Assembly (NCBI GenBank): GCA_963729625.1
Contig: CAVSOU010000011.1
Span: 192,001-256,000, forward strand
DNA from: an uncultured bacterium
GTDB lineage: Bacteria > Chloroflexota > UBA5177 > JANWHV01
Direction: 5' to 3'
DNA length: 64,000 bases
The position numbers and the translations under genes are program-made. Below, piece by piece: positions 10,612 to 20,553 of the stretch. Position 1 is the stretch's first letter, and each line of letters begins with the position of its first letter. The notes beneath the pieces are model-generated. The model had not been told where the DNA came from, ran no database searches, and saw only the letters and a program-made list of their open reading frames with translations.

Positions 10612-11376
10612 GTGATGCCCGACGAATCGGCATGGACGCTCGGCGCCACCTACCGATGTCTCACCGAAGATCTGGACCAGGCTCCAGCTGCTGCTGATCG
10701 TCCGATTGCCGAGCTAGCAGGCGAGCACCAGGTCATTGCTGACTTCGTCAAGAAGCGGGCAGAGCAACCTGTCGGCATCGAGACGATTAGGGGTCTGCTG
10801 CCAAAGCTCGTCGCCTACTCGCTCCATAGCGGTCGGTACCGCGCGGCGACATGGCACCACGTAGCCGCAGGCATCGTCTGGCTCTTGGCAGCGCATTGGC
10901 ATGAAGCCGGTAGCGCGGACGATTCGTATCCCTATTTCGAGCGGCTCCTACACAGCGGCCGTCTTCTTCCGACCCGGCCAGATGTCGAACGTGTCGTGGA
11001 TCAGCGCCTGCCCACATTTGCCCGGGCACTACTGCAAGACGTGCCGCGGATTCGGCGGCTCGCCCTCGACCATCCAGGGGCACTCCAGGAAGCAGTGATC
11101 GGCGGTCGCGTCCGCGTGCGGGTCGCCTTCGAGAACGGCACTAGTGGCCTGCTCTACGTGGCAGTCACTCGCCGTCTCCTACCTGGGAGGCTGCCACTTC
11201 CTGTGGAATGGGATGTGCAGCTACTCGCTGCCTTCTTTCTGGGCACAAACCTGGAGGAGATCGACTACGCCAATGAGATTGCGGGTCACCACACCAGAGC
11301 TGGCGAAGTGTGTTATTGCGGACTGGTGTCGAGGGGCGGGGCGGCAAGTCCATCAGCTGCGGCTGCAGAACAATAA
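10612..11376 (+). CDS. Hypothetical protein with a RelE-like N-terminal motif, putative toxin
   Basis: Intact 254-aa ORF 21 nt after the RHH gene. YSLHSGRYRAATW...GIVWLLAAHWH resembles the RelE core (Y.LR.G.YR..Y....V.V..V.HR). Confidence 0.55.
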   Translation: MMPDESAWTLGATYRCLTEDLDQAPAAADRPIAELAGEHQVIADFVKKRAEQPVGIETIRGLLPKLVAYSLHSGRYRAATWHHVAAGIVWLLAAHWHEAGSADDSYPYFERLLHSGRLLPTRPDVERVVDQRLPTFARALLQDVPRIRRLALDHPGALQEAVIGGRVRVRVAFENGTSGLLYVAVTRRLLPGRLPLPVEWDVQLLAAFFLGTNLEEIDYANEIAGHHTRAGEVCYCGLVSRGGAASPSAAAAEQ

Positions 11377-12125
11377 ACGCATTCGGCTGCAGGCGGGTCG
11401 CATCGCGACTACGAATGGCGGTCCGACTACGGGCCTGCAGACGGTAGCGAAGCCCGTTACCGCGGCCACTCAGCCTCGGTCATGTCGTCCCTGCCAGCCT
11501 CAGTACTGCACGTCTGTCCGCATGTTCACGCCGAGCCTTGCTCACTGCCATGAACGGCCGATTCCGCATCGAGCCTGCCGATGAATTGCATACCTGCGCC
11601 CACGGCACGCGCTTCAGTTCTCGCTTCCGGACCTGATTCAGGGATACCGAGACCGTTCGCGAGTCATGCCGAACTCTTGCATACAAATGCAACGTCGCGG
11701 TTGCACAGAGAGCAAGGGCGGCGCGGCGCAACAGCGGAGTTGGCGCGGGGATGGGGCCGATCGCGTGCATTTCCCGTTCGCCTGGCCGGCGCTCGTCAGC
11801 CCCTGTGCTAGACGCGGGTCCACGGGCAGCTACGGGCTTGGCCCAGCGAACAAGCCAGCAGGGCCGTGCCTTGAGACAAGGTCTATGATCGAGTTGAAGT
11901 GGATGCGCTGACCTGCAGCCCTAGAAAGGGTCCGACGCCGCAAGCACCGCGAGCGGCGAGACCGCTCCCGTCCTGCTGACGCCTGCTCTTGCCTGGCCAC
12001 CCCTGGACTGCAGCGAGCAACTGGTGAACCCGGCCACGATGGCATGATCGTGCGCCGGGTTTCTTGTGCCCGGCGCCATGCAGGCGGACGCCTCTCGCCG
12101 CTTGCTAAATCGAAGGGAGCTGGAC

Positions 12126-13472
12126 ATGCAGCGGCTTATCGCTCGTAGTCTCATCCTGGTCTTTGCCCTCCTGGCATCCCTGGCCGTTCCCGCTTCCCAC
12201 GCCGGCCCCACCCGTGCCGCCATCTCGGCGTCCGCTGGGAACTTACAGCTCACGGTCAGCCCCAAGACCTCAGCCTCGGACACACCGCTCACGATCCGGA
12301 TCAGTGGGCTGCGGCCAGGTGCGCGCGTCACGCTTTCGGTCGCCTCGGTGGACGCGGCCGCTATCACGTGGGGTTTCACGTCTACGTACACGGCCAGGTC
12401 AGCGGGCATCGTGGACCCGGCCACCGCGACAGCAAAAGGCGGCGTGTCGGCGTACGACGGAACCGACCCCATGGGCCCCGTTGACTTCATGGGGTCGGCT
12501 GCCTAACCCACTCCGCTCACCAACGCGACCTGGCCGCTCGGCCTGGACCCGATCTGGCCGTTCGGCCTGCTGAGTATCTATCCGAGCATGTATGCGTGGG
12601 CCAGTTGCTCGCTCCGCCTGCAGGGCCAGCACGGCTGCGTGTGGTCCAAGCCCCTCAGCTTCAAGTTCACCGCGACGAGCGGCGGGGCGCAGGCCTCGGT
12701 AACGATCCAGCGCGGTCCGGCGCTCCCGGTGACGGCGACCTACGAGAGCCCTGCGGCCACCGGCTTCTACGGCGTGTTCTGGCAGCCTCCCGCCGGCCAG
12801 GATAACCATGTCGGCATCGTGGCGTTCGGCGGCCCCGCCAGTGGCATCAACCTCCCGGCTGGCGCCATGCTTGCCTCGCGCGGTTATTCCACCCTGGACC
12901 TCGCCTTGTGAGACGCGCCAGGCCTCCACCAGGACTGCGCGGGTATCAGCCTGGAGTACTTCGCCAAGGCGCTCCGCTGGCTTGGACACCAGCCCGGCGT
13001 TAACGCGAGCCGCGTGTGGGCGATGGGCGCCTCGACGGGCAGCGAGGCGGCCCTCTTGCTGGGCGTCCACTACCCTAACCTGGTGCACGGGGTGGCCGCC
13101 CTGTCATCCGACGACGCGGCCGAGTGCACCATTTGGACCTTCGGGGGCCAATCGGTGCCCTGCACTGGCCTGATACCGGTGGCGAAGGTCCAGGGCCCGG
13201 TATTCCAGGACTGCGGGGAGTACGACTCTGCGGGGCAGACCTGCGACCAAGCCAGGACGGCCATGGCCGAGCTAACTGCCCTCCACGATCGTTACCCGCA
13301 TGAGCTGCTCGACTACCCCGATGCCGGCCACGGCATCTGCGACCTGCTGCCCTTCTACCCCGGTGTTGCTGCTGTCGACCAGGCGTTGGGCATCGATGGC
13401 ACCAGCGAGGTAGCGAACCCGCTCGCGCGTGCCGCCCAGTGGCCGAAGCTCCTGGCTTTCCTCCGCAACTGA
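12126..13472 (+). pseudogene. Secreted acyl-CoA thioesterase/BAAT-family alpha/beta hydrolase with two in-frame stops
   Basis: Signal peptide, then a single reading frame broken by TAA (12504-12506) and TGA (12909-12911). Motifs LEYFAKALRWL, GASTGSE (nucleophile) and YPDAGH. Confidence 0.75.
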
Positions 13473-13549
13473 CCTTGCGAACCGGCGCCCATCAACTTGG
13501 CAGCCCGCCTGTTCAGACAAGCAGCAGCAACGGCATGGAGGAGAATGAC

Positions 13550-14223
13550 ATGAATAGCACGAGGAAGCTGGTCGCGTTGCTGGTGGTCATGCTCGCCGTC
13601 CTCGCCCTGGGACCCGCGCCTGTCGCCCAGGCGGGAAGCGCGAAGCCTTACGTCACCCGCCCCAGGCACGCCCGTTTGGCCACACGTACACCGAATGGGA
13701 GGTGCGGTGGATGTAGTGGTGGATGGCCATACCCGCACCGGTGAACCCGGAGTCCGATCACACCGGAGCATACTGCGCCGTGGGCCAGTCCGGCCCGGTC
13801 TGGAACCTCCTCACCAACATGGGCGGCTCCGATGTCCGGACCTGCACGGTGCCTGCCGGCAAGGCGCTCCTCATCTCGCCGGTACTCTGGGAGAGTTCGG
13901 TGGCGGAATTAGACGGCACTACCTTTGCGGCACTGCGCAGTTGCGCCAAGGGCCATATGGATGGGACCGAAGCTGACGTGACGGTAGATGGTGTGCACCT
14001 CGCGAACCTGCCCACTCGCTACCGGTTCCAGACCCCCCTCTTCACCTTCAAGTATCCCGCCGACAATGTCTTCCGGTTGCCTGGGCCTGGGACCACCAAG
14101 TCGGTTACAGACGGCATCTTCGTGATGTTGGCTCCGCTGGCGGCGGGTCGGCACACGATCGACCTGAGCTATTTTGGCCAAGGGTCTGGAGAAGTGACGT
14201 ACCATCTGACCATTCGCCGCTGA
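13550..14223 (+). pseudogene. Secreted protein of unknown family, with a frameshift near 13657 and a TAG at 13714
   Basis: Signal peptide MNSTRKLVALLVVMLAVLAL. The shifted frame gives GHTYTEWEVRWM*WWMAIP...CAVGQSGPVW...RTCTVPAGK. Confidence 0.6.
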
Positions 14224-14445
14224 GCAGCGCCTTCCGCGCACTGCTCGTAGACAGCCTCAGGGCCTCGCGGCACCGCCTGCCGGAGCCTTGGGGCTAGGCG
14301 GCCATCAGGTTGCGGGCGATCACAGCGATGGCTGCCTCCTCGAAGCACTGCGGTCAAGACGCACTGCGCGCAAAGCGGCCTGATCGGCACGCCATGGACC
14401 CATGCAGTGAGAAGGATAGGCTGAGGCCGCCATCAACGCGCGCCG

Positions 14446-15093
14446 TCATGCCGCGGTTGTTCCCCTGAAGGCATTCAGATGTCGCCGCACGAAGATCGCC
14501 ACCAGCGCGACAATCGCCACACCGATCAGGATGTCGAAGCGATGGATCCAGTTGCCGACATCGTTCCAATGCTCGCCAAGCTTCCGGCCGATCAACCCGA
14601 GGATCGTACACCAGGTCAGCGAGCCCGCGGCGGTGAAGGCCAGGAATCGCGTGAAGTTCATGCGTGCGATGCCGGCAGGTAGGGACACGTACGCACGTAC
14701 AACCGGCAACAACCTGCCGATGAATATCGTGATGTCGCCGCGCTTGGCGAAGAAGGCGTCGGCACGCTCGGCATCGTGGCGCGAAATCAGCACGTAGCGC
14801 CCGTACTTGAGCAAAAGCTCGCGGCCGCCCGTGGCGCCGATGGCATAGGCGATGCTCGCCCCGATTACTTCACCGCAGGTACCGGTGAGCACAACGGCCA
14901 CGATGTTGAATGTATGGTCGAGTTTCAGGGTGGTCGCCATGCCCGAGACCGTGACCGCACCTGCCAGCGGTATCACCAGCTCACTGGGCAGCGGGATCAG
15001 GCAGCTTTCGATGATCGTAGCAATGAGAATGCCGCCGTAACCCAGGTTGTTAAACAGATAGCTGACGAAATCCTGTAGCACTGTCACCTCCAC
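14446..15093 (-). CDS. dedA: DedA family membrane protein
   Basis: Motifs ESCLIPLPSE, GRLLPVVRAYVSLPAG and FLAFTAAGSLTW. Confidence 0.9.
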   Translation of the reverse strand: MEVTVLQDFVSYLFNNLGYGGILIATIIESCLIPLPSELVIPLAGAVTVSGMATTLKLDHTFNIVAVVLTGTCGEVIGASIAYAIGATGGRELLLKYGRYVLISRHDAERADAFFAKRGDITIFIGRLLPVVRAYVSLPAGIARMNFTRFLAFTAAGSLTWCTILGLIGRKLGEHWNDVGNWIHRFDILIGVAIVALVAIFVRRHLNAFRGTTAA

Positions 15094-15177
15094 AGGCTAG
15101 TATACCGGCTCGACAAATTCCCTCAGTCGAGTGATCTACCCTCTACCCTATTCTCGAACCTCTTTATACTTAGTACC

Positions 15178-15930
15178 GTGAATGCGATTGGTCGTTTCGA
15201 AAGCCTGATGGAATCGCTGGTTGAACGCGGCTTCGCGCGGTTATTGCGGACGCGCATGCAGCCCGTGGAAGTAGCCAAGCGGCTGTCTCGAGAAATGGAA
15301 GCGCATCGCACGGTCGCCATCAATCATGTGTTGGTTCCCAATCGCTATACCGCGACGCTTAGCGTGAAGGATTTTGAACAATTCATCTCGATCCAGGCGA
15401 CTCTGCAAAAGGAGATGGCCAACTATCTGCTCGAGTATGCAGCGGAGCGTTCGTACACGATTCCTGGCGCGCCGACCGTGCAGTTCGACAAAGACGACCG
15501 GCTGCGGACGGGCAGTGTGCGGGTATCCTCACGCATGGAGGACCCAGACGATGACGAGGTAGGGACGACGCCGCTTCAGCCGACGCAAATTATGCCGGAG
15601 CCCGAGCCGCCCATAGAGGCATATGCTCGCTCAGTGCCGGCCGGGCGGGCGCGGCTCGACCTCCAGGGAGCGTCCTGCTTCATAGATGTCGATACGGCGT
15701 CGATCGGACGGGGGCTGGATAACGACGTCGTGGTCGAAGACGCGCGTGTCTCACGACATCACGCGCGGCTCCAGCGAGCCTCACGGGGTTGGCAGCTAAC
15801 CGATCTTGGCAGCACGAACGGTACGTTCGTAAACGGCAAGCTGGTTCGGCAGTGCCCGGTCGGTAGCGGTGACACGATCTCGCTTGGAGGACTTGATATG
15901 AAGTTCGTCCTGGAGACAGCCAAGCGGTGA
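15178..15930 (+). CDS. fhaA: FhaA-like protein (DUF3662 + FHA)
   Basis: QPVEVAKRL...VPNRY in the N-terminal domain; FHA motifs IGRG, SRHHA and STNGT. Confidence 0.85.
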   Translation: MNAIGRFESLMESLVERGFARLLRTRMQPVEVAKRLSREMEAHRTVAINHVLVPNRYTATLSVKDFEQFISIQATLQKEMANYLLEYAAERSYTIPGAPTVQFDKDDRLRTGSVRVSSRMEDPDDDEVGTTPLQPTQIMPEPEPPIEAYARSVPAGRARLDLQGASCFIDVDTASIGRGLDNDVVVEDARVSRHHARLQRASRGWQLTDLGSTNGTFVNGKLVRQCPVGSGDTISLGGLDMKFVLETAKR

Positions 15931-16379
15931 GCTTCGCGATAGTCGTCCTCGTGGCACGACTTGCCCTCGTGGCCATGCTCTACCTGTTCCTGTACCTGGT
16001 GGTCCGCGTGCTCTACCGCGATCTGCGTGCTGCCGGACAGCCCACGGTTGCGCGCGACCCCATCCGCACGACGGGCGTTCCGCATCTCATCGTGCTGGCC
16101 TCCGGAGAGACGAAGCAAGCAACCGGCAAGATGCTTCGTCTCAGAAGCCCAACTCTGCTTGGCCGCGATCCGTCGTGCGACATACCGGTCGAAGATGATT
16201 GGGTCTCAGGACAGCACCTGCGTATCCTGCAGACTACCTCCGGCTGGCAGGCGCAGGATCTGAACAGTACCAATGGCACTCGCATCAACGATGTGCGCAT
16301 CCGCGGGACGGTCGTCCTGAAGCATGGCGACGTACTTGACCTGGGGCGCTTCCGCGTGCGGTTCACCCTTGAGGACTAG
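15927..16379 (+). CDS. fhaB: Membrane-anchored FHA protein, FhaB/FipA-like
   Basis: N-terminal transmembrane segment; LGRD, SGQH and STNGT motifs. GTGA overlap with fhaA. Confidence 0.8.
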   Translation: MSFAIVVLVARLALVAMLYLFLYLVVRVLYRDLRAAGQPTVARDPIRTTGVPHLIVLASGETKQATGKMLRLRSPTLLGRDPSCDIPVEDDWVSGQHLRILQTTSGWQAQDLNSTNGTRINDVRIRGTVVLKHGDVLDLGRFRVRFTLED

Positions 16380-16403
16380 GCCGGCGGCAATGGGGCGGCG
16401 GTA

Positions 16404-17693
16404 GTGATGCAGGCGCCTGTGACCCACATTCGGCGGACGGAATACGGCCTGCTGCTGGTGACAGGGATCTTCCTGGCCATCGGCTGCTGGCTCTTGGTGG
16501 TCAATCAGCCGTCACTGCCGGCGTCTCAGACGCTCCGGCAGCTGGCGACCCTCCTCGGCTTGTTCGCCGTCGCCAGCCTCTTCTTGAGCTGGAGGCTGCC
16601 GCGGTGCGATCAGCTGCTGCTACCGGTCGTGGCGCTGCTCTCGGCGATCGGCACGCTATCGATACGGCGCCTGGGCGCCGACGCGCAGTACGCCGGCTAC
16701 TCAGAGCGCCAGGTCCTCTGGCTGGGTGTCGGCATCCTTGTCCTTGTAGCCACCATCGTGCTCGTTCCGCGCCTCGACGATCTGCGACGGTACAAATACA
16801 CGGCCGCGGTCGTAGGCTTCGTGCTCATCTTGGGCACGATACGGTTCGGGGTTGACATAACCGGGGGGCCGTATCGCCGCTGGTTCGGTTTCCACGGCGT
16901 CTACTTCCAGCCGGTGGAGATCCTGAAAGTCTTGGTAGTCGTGTTTTACGCCGCCTACCTGGACGAAAAGCGCGAAGTGTTGGCCCAAGCCGAGTTTCGC
17001 TTCGGAAGACTTCGACTGCCGCCGCTGCAGTATCTCGGGCCCCTGTTCCTCACGTGGCTGTTGTCTCTCCTGCTGCTGACCTTCCAGAACGACCTAGGCA
17101 GCGCGCTACTCTTCTTTGGCATCTTTCTGGCGATGCTCTACGTGGCGAGTGAGCGGCGCATCTACACGTGGATCGGCGTCGGCGTATTCGCCGCGGGCGT
17201 GGTTCTGGCCTTCCGGTTCTTTCCGCACGTGCGCCAGCGCGCCGACATCTGGCTGGATCCGTGGAGCTATGCGCACGACCAGGCATACCAGGTGGTGCAG
17301 GGCTTGATCGCACTTGCGAACGGAGGCGTGCTCGGTAGCGGACTGGGACAGGGTCACCCTGGCTATGTCCCGGTCGCCAATACGGACTTCATTTTCACCA
17401 GTATCGGTGAGGAGATGGGGCTCATAGGCGGACTGGCGGTGCTTGGCTTGTTCCTTGTACTGACGTTTCGAGGATTGCGCATCGCTACCGAGGCGCGCGA
17501 CCCTTTCGAGGGCCTGCTTGCAGTCGGCCTCACCAGTACGCTGGCAATCCAGGCGCTCGTCATTATCGGCGGAAACCTTCGTTTGATGCCGCTTACCGGC
17601 GTAACGCTTCCGTTCATGAGCTACGGTGGCAGCTCGCTGCTGGCGAACTTTGTGCTCATAGGACTCCTGCTCAGGATTAGCACGCATGATTGA
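16404..17693 (+). CDS. rodA: SEDS family peptidoglycan glycosyltransferase (RodA/FtsW)
   Basis: Motifs FQPVE, QNDLGSA, PVANTDFIF and TGVTLPFMSYGGSS. Confidence 0.9.
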   Translation: MMQAPVTHIRRTEYGLLLVTGIFLAIGCWLLVVNQPSLPASQTLRQLATLLGLFAVASLFLSWRLPRCDQLLLPVVALLSAIGTLSIRRLGADAQYAGYSERQVLWLGVGILVLVATIVLVPRLDDLRRYKYTAAVVGFVLILGTIRFGVDITGGPYRRWFGFHGVYFQPVEILKVLVVVFYAAYLDEKREVLAQAEFRFGRLRLPPLQYLGPLFLTWLLSLLLLTFQNDLGSALLFFGIFLAMLYVASERRIYTWIGVGVFAAGVVLAFRFFPHVRQRADIWLDPWSYAHDQAYQVVQGLIALANGGVLGSGLGQGHPGYVPVANTDFIFTSIGEEMGLIGGLAVLGLFLVLTFRGLRIATEARDPFEGLLAVGLTSTLAIQALVIIGGNLRLMPLTGVTLPFMSYGGSSLLANFVLIGLLLRISTHD

Positions 17694-19137
17694 TGTGGGT
17701 GGCACCGGGAAACGATTGCGCCGGCTCGCGCTCTTCTTTGTCGCCTTCTATCTCGTTCTGTCGGGGCTCCTTGTGTACTGGCAGGTCGTGCGCGCGCCGA
17801 GCCTTATCGACCGCCCTGACGACCCCCGTCTCTACGCTGCGCGCCAGGCGGTGCACAGAGGCGCCGTCATCGACCGGCGCGGCACGATCGTAGAGCAGAC
17901 CACGTTTGTGGATGGCAACCCAGTTCGTTCTCTCTACGACTCCTCGCTGAGTCCAGTTATCGGCTATCACAGCCAACAGTACGATAACTCCGGCCTGGAA
18001 GCATCATACAACGACTATCTCAATGGCGACGCGGCAAGCCAGCCGCTAGACAACACCGTCCGGCGCATCCTGCATCAGCCGGTGCTCGGCGACACACTGC
18101 AGCTGACCATCGACGACCGCATTCAGCGCATTGCCGATGCCGCGCTAGGGTCTGGCGCCGGTGTGGCGCTCGTAGCCGATCCGCGCAGCGGACAGATCCT
18201 GGCCATGGTGAGCAAGCCGGCGTTCAACGCCGCTCGTATCGACGAGACGGGTTACTGGGCGTCGCTGCAGACGGGCGACGGGCTGCTGCTGAATCGTGCC
18301 TTGGAAGGACTATATCCCCCGGGGTCGGTCTTCAAGGCGGTCACGCTCGCTACCGCGCTGACCGAGCACGCGTATGCTCTGCAATCTGTGTTCTCCGGGG
18401 AGGATGCGACCGGTCCCCTGTATTTCGGCGGATCTGTGCTCACCACCTCAGCCAGCAATCTTCCGCCCGGAGTCGGCCGGGTGACGCTCGCCGATGCGTT
18501 CAAATACAGCGACAACATCGTCTTTGCCAGGATTGGGCTGAGACTGGGCGGGAAGGCGCTGATCGACGGGGCGTCCAGCTTTGGCATCGGGCGACCGATT
18601 CCGTTCGACCTGCCTGTCAGCACGAGTCATGTAACGACCGGGCAAGGCGCGATGAGCGACTACAACGTCGCGGCGACTGCATTCGGGCAAGCAGCAGTGC
18701 AAGTGACGCCGCTCCAGATGCTGCTTGTTGACGAAGCTATTGCCAACCAAGGAACGATCATGCGGCCGACCATCGTGCAGCGAGTGCGCGCGCCAAGCGG
18801 CGAGGTCCTTGTGGACAATCAACCGGAAGTCTGGAGGCAGGCGCTCGATCCGACTGTCGCGCATCAGGTCGCTCAGGCGATGATCAACGCAGTGAATGGA
18901 CCCGGTGCGAGCGGCTACGCGGCTCGGCTGCCCGGCGTCGTGGTGGCGGGGAAGACGGGCACGGCGCAGGTCGGCGGCGCACGATCGCTCCCCCACGCGT
19001 GGTTTATGGCGTTCGCGCCGGCCGATAGCCCGCGCCTCGCGGTTGTCGTGCTGAAGGAGCACGGCGGTGAGGGTAGCGCAGTGGCCGCTCCAATCGCCAG
19101 GCAAATCCTGGCCGAAGCGCTTCCGCTGTACCATTAG
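17686..19137 (+). CDS. pbpA: Class B penicillin-binding protein, PbpA-like
   Basis: Motifs GSVFK (SxxK), SDN and KTGT; N-terminal transmembrane segment; directly follows the SEDS gene. Confidence 0.85.
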   Translation: MIDVGGTGKRLRRLALFFVAFYLVLSGLLVYWQVVRAPSLIDRPDDPRLYAARQAVHRGAVIDRRGTIVEQTTFVDGNPVRSLYDSSLSPVIGYHSQQYDNSGLEASYNDYLNGDAASQPLDNTVRRILHQPVLGDTLQLTIDDRIQRIADAALGSGAGVALVADPRSGQILAMVSKPAFNAARIDETGYWASLQTGDGLLLNRALEGLYPPGSVFKAVTLATALTEHAYALQSVFSGEDATGPLYFGGSVLTTSASNLPPGVGRVTLADAFKYSDNIVFARIGLRLGGKALIDGASSFGIGRPIPFDLPVSTSHVTTGQGAMSDYNVAATAFGQAAVQVTPLQMLLVDEAIANQGTIMRPTIVQRVRAPSGEVLVDNQPEVWRQALDPTVAHQVAQAMINAVNGPGASGYAARLPGVVVAGKTGTAQVGGARSLPHAWFMAFAPADSPRLAVVVLKEHGGEGSAVAAPIARQILAEALPLYH

Positions 19138-19422
19138 CACGGCTCGGCCCAGGCGCGCCGTTGACGTCTCGGCGCGTCCAGCAGGCGTTGCTGGCAGAGG
19201 GCGGGCATTGTGTGGCGGGACTGCCCCGCGGCGCCCTGCCATACCGGAGACGTGGCGCGCGGTTCGCCAGGTCCCGTGCACCACGATGTGACGAGCTGTG
19301 CGAGCAGGCAGTACCATGAGCTGTGTGCCGGCGACGGCGCCGCACCAAGCCGCGCCCGAGCACCCTGTTTGAGCTGGCTGTTTGCACCCTGAGCGCTGGG
19401 ATGCGGTATCGCGAGGAAATCG

Positions 19423-20553
19423 ATGACCAGTACCACAGCAGCTGAGATTCGCCCGGCATCGGGTCGCGTATATGGTTTCCTGAACCTCGCCGTGCTCCTG
19501 CTGATCGCTGCGGCAGTCACCGTCATATCGACCATCTTCCTGCTTCGCTACAAACAGCCTTCGGCACCGGCATCGCCGGCGCCTGCGCCGTACCGCGCGC
19601 TCGTGGTGCGTGGATCGCAGCTGTGGTCGACCGGACCGGGCGTTCAGCCGAGTGTGATGCCCGGTCTCCGAGTTCCGGGCGAGTGGCGCGGGTTCGAAGC
19701 GGCAAGCGACGGCAGCGGCCTGCTGGTGACTTCAAGGGTGTCCGGCAGAGACAGCGTGTATGTCGTCCACACCCTCGGCCGCGCCGCGCAGCCCTTGCCC
19801 GCCCCGCCAAGCTCGTACGGCCCAGGACCGTGGCGTGTTGTGGACACCGCCTGGGTCGGCAGCACCGATGCCGTGGTCCTGTGGAGTAAAGTCGCCTCGG
19901 GCGGCGCGGACGTAGTAGCGCGATATTCAGTGGATGGTACGGTCCCGAATGCCGAGCAGTGGATTCGCGCGTCGGCTGCGGGCGGCCAGTCTGTGTCGTT
20001 GTCGCCCGACGGTCTTCAGGTCGCGCGTGTCGAGGTTCTGCCGGCGGCGAAAGGGTTTGCCGGTCAGGTGCAAGTACGGCTTCGACAGCTGTCCGGCACA
20101 CACTCGTCGGTCGCGTTACGCTACTTTGGCAGCAGCGTGCCGTCCGCGGTGCTCTGGTCGTCGGATGGCGGCACGCTGGCCATCGAGGTACCCGGCCAGG
20201 GGCTGATCCTGCAAAAATCGAGCGGACGATCCGTCCACCAGACATCAAGCGGTGAGCTGCCCGCGGCGTTTAGTCCCGAAGGTGCGGCGATTGCCTACGC
20301 CGGCGGCGGTGCGGGCACCCCGTTGATTCACGTGCTGAACCTACACGGGGAAGTCGAGAACGAGCTGGCTTTGCCCGCGCCTGGCGCGCTGGCGGCTCTC
20401 GGCTGGACGCCGGATGCCCGCGCGCTGGTGTGCGCGATCGGCGGCGCGCTGTACCAGCTTGATCCCGCGACCGGCGCCTCCCAGAAGCTGTCCGGAGCCA
20501 TCTCCGGTATCCTGGTGGGCACTGTTCCGCTGTCGTCGCAGCTCGTGCGATAG
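19423..20553 (+). CDS. Membrane-anchored TolB/PD40-like beta-propeller protein
   Basis: One transmembrane segment followed by repeated SPDG/WSSDG/FSPEG/WTPDA blades. Confidence 0.65.
   Translation: MTSTTAAEIRPASGRVYGFLNLAVLLLIAAAVTVISTIFLLRYKQPSAPASPAPAPYRALVVRGSQLWSTGPGVQPSVMPGLRVPGEWRGFEAASDGSGLLVTSRVSGRDSVYVVHTLGRAAQPLPAPPSSYGPGPWRVVDTAWVGSTDAVVLWSKVASGGADVVARYSVDGTVPNAEQWIRASAAGGQSVSLSPDGLQVARVEVLPAAKGFAGQVQVRLRQLSGTHSSVALRYFGSSVPSAVLWSSDGGTLAIEVPGQGLILQKSSGRSVHQTSSGELPAAFSPEGAAIAYAGGGAGTPLIHVLNLHGEVENELALPAPGALAALGWTPDARALVCAIGGALYQLDPATGASQKLSGAISGILVGTVPLSSQLVR

Noticed and set aside
11380-12100. Short ORFs after the putative toxin gene
   Set aside because: No recognisable motifs, Shine-Dalgarno sequence or consistent coding frame.
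12504-13716. Stop-codon read-through or recoding in the island genes
   Set aside because: The stops are of three different types (TAA, TGA, TAG) and are accompanied by a frameshift; pseudogenisation is simpler.
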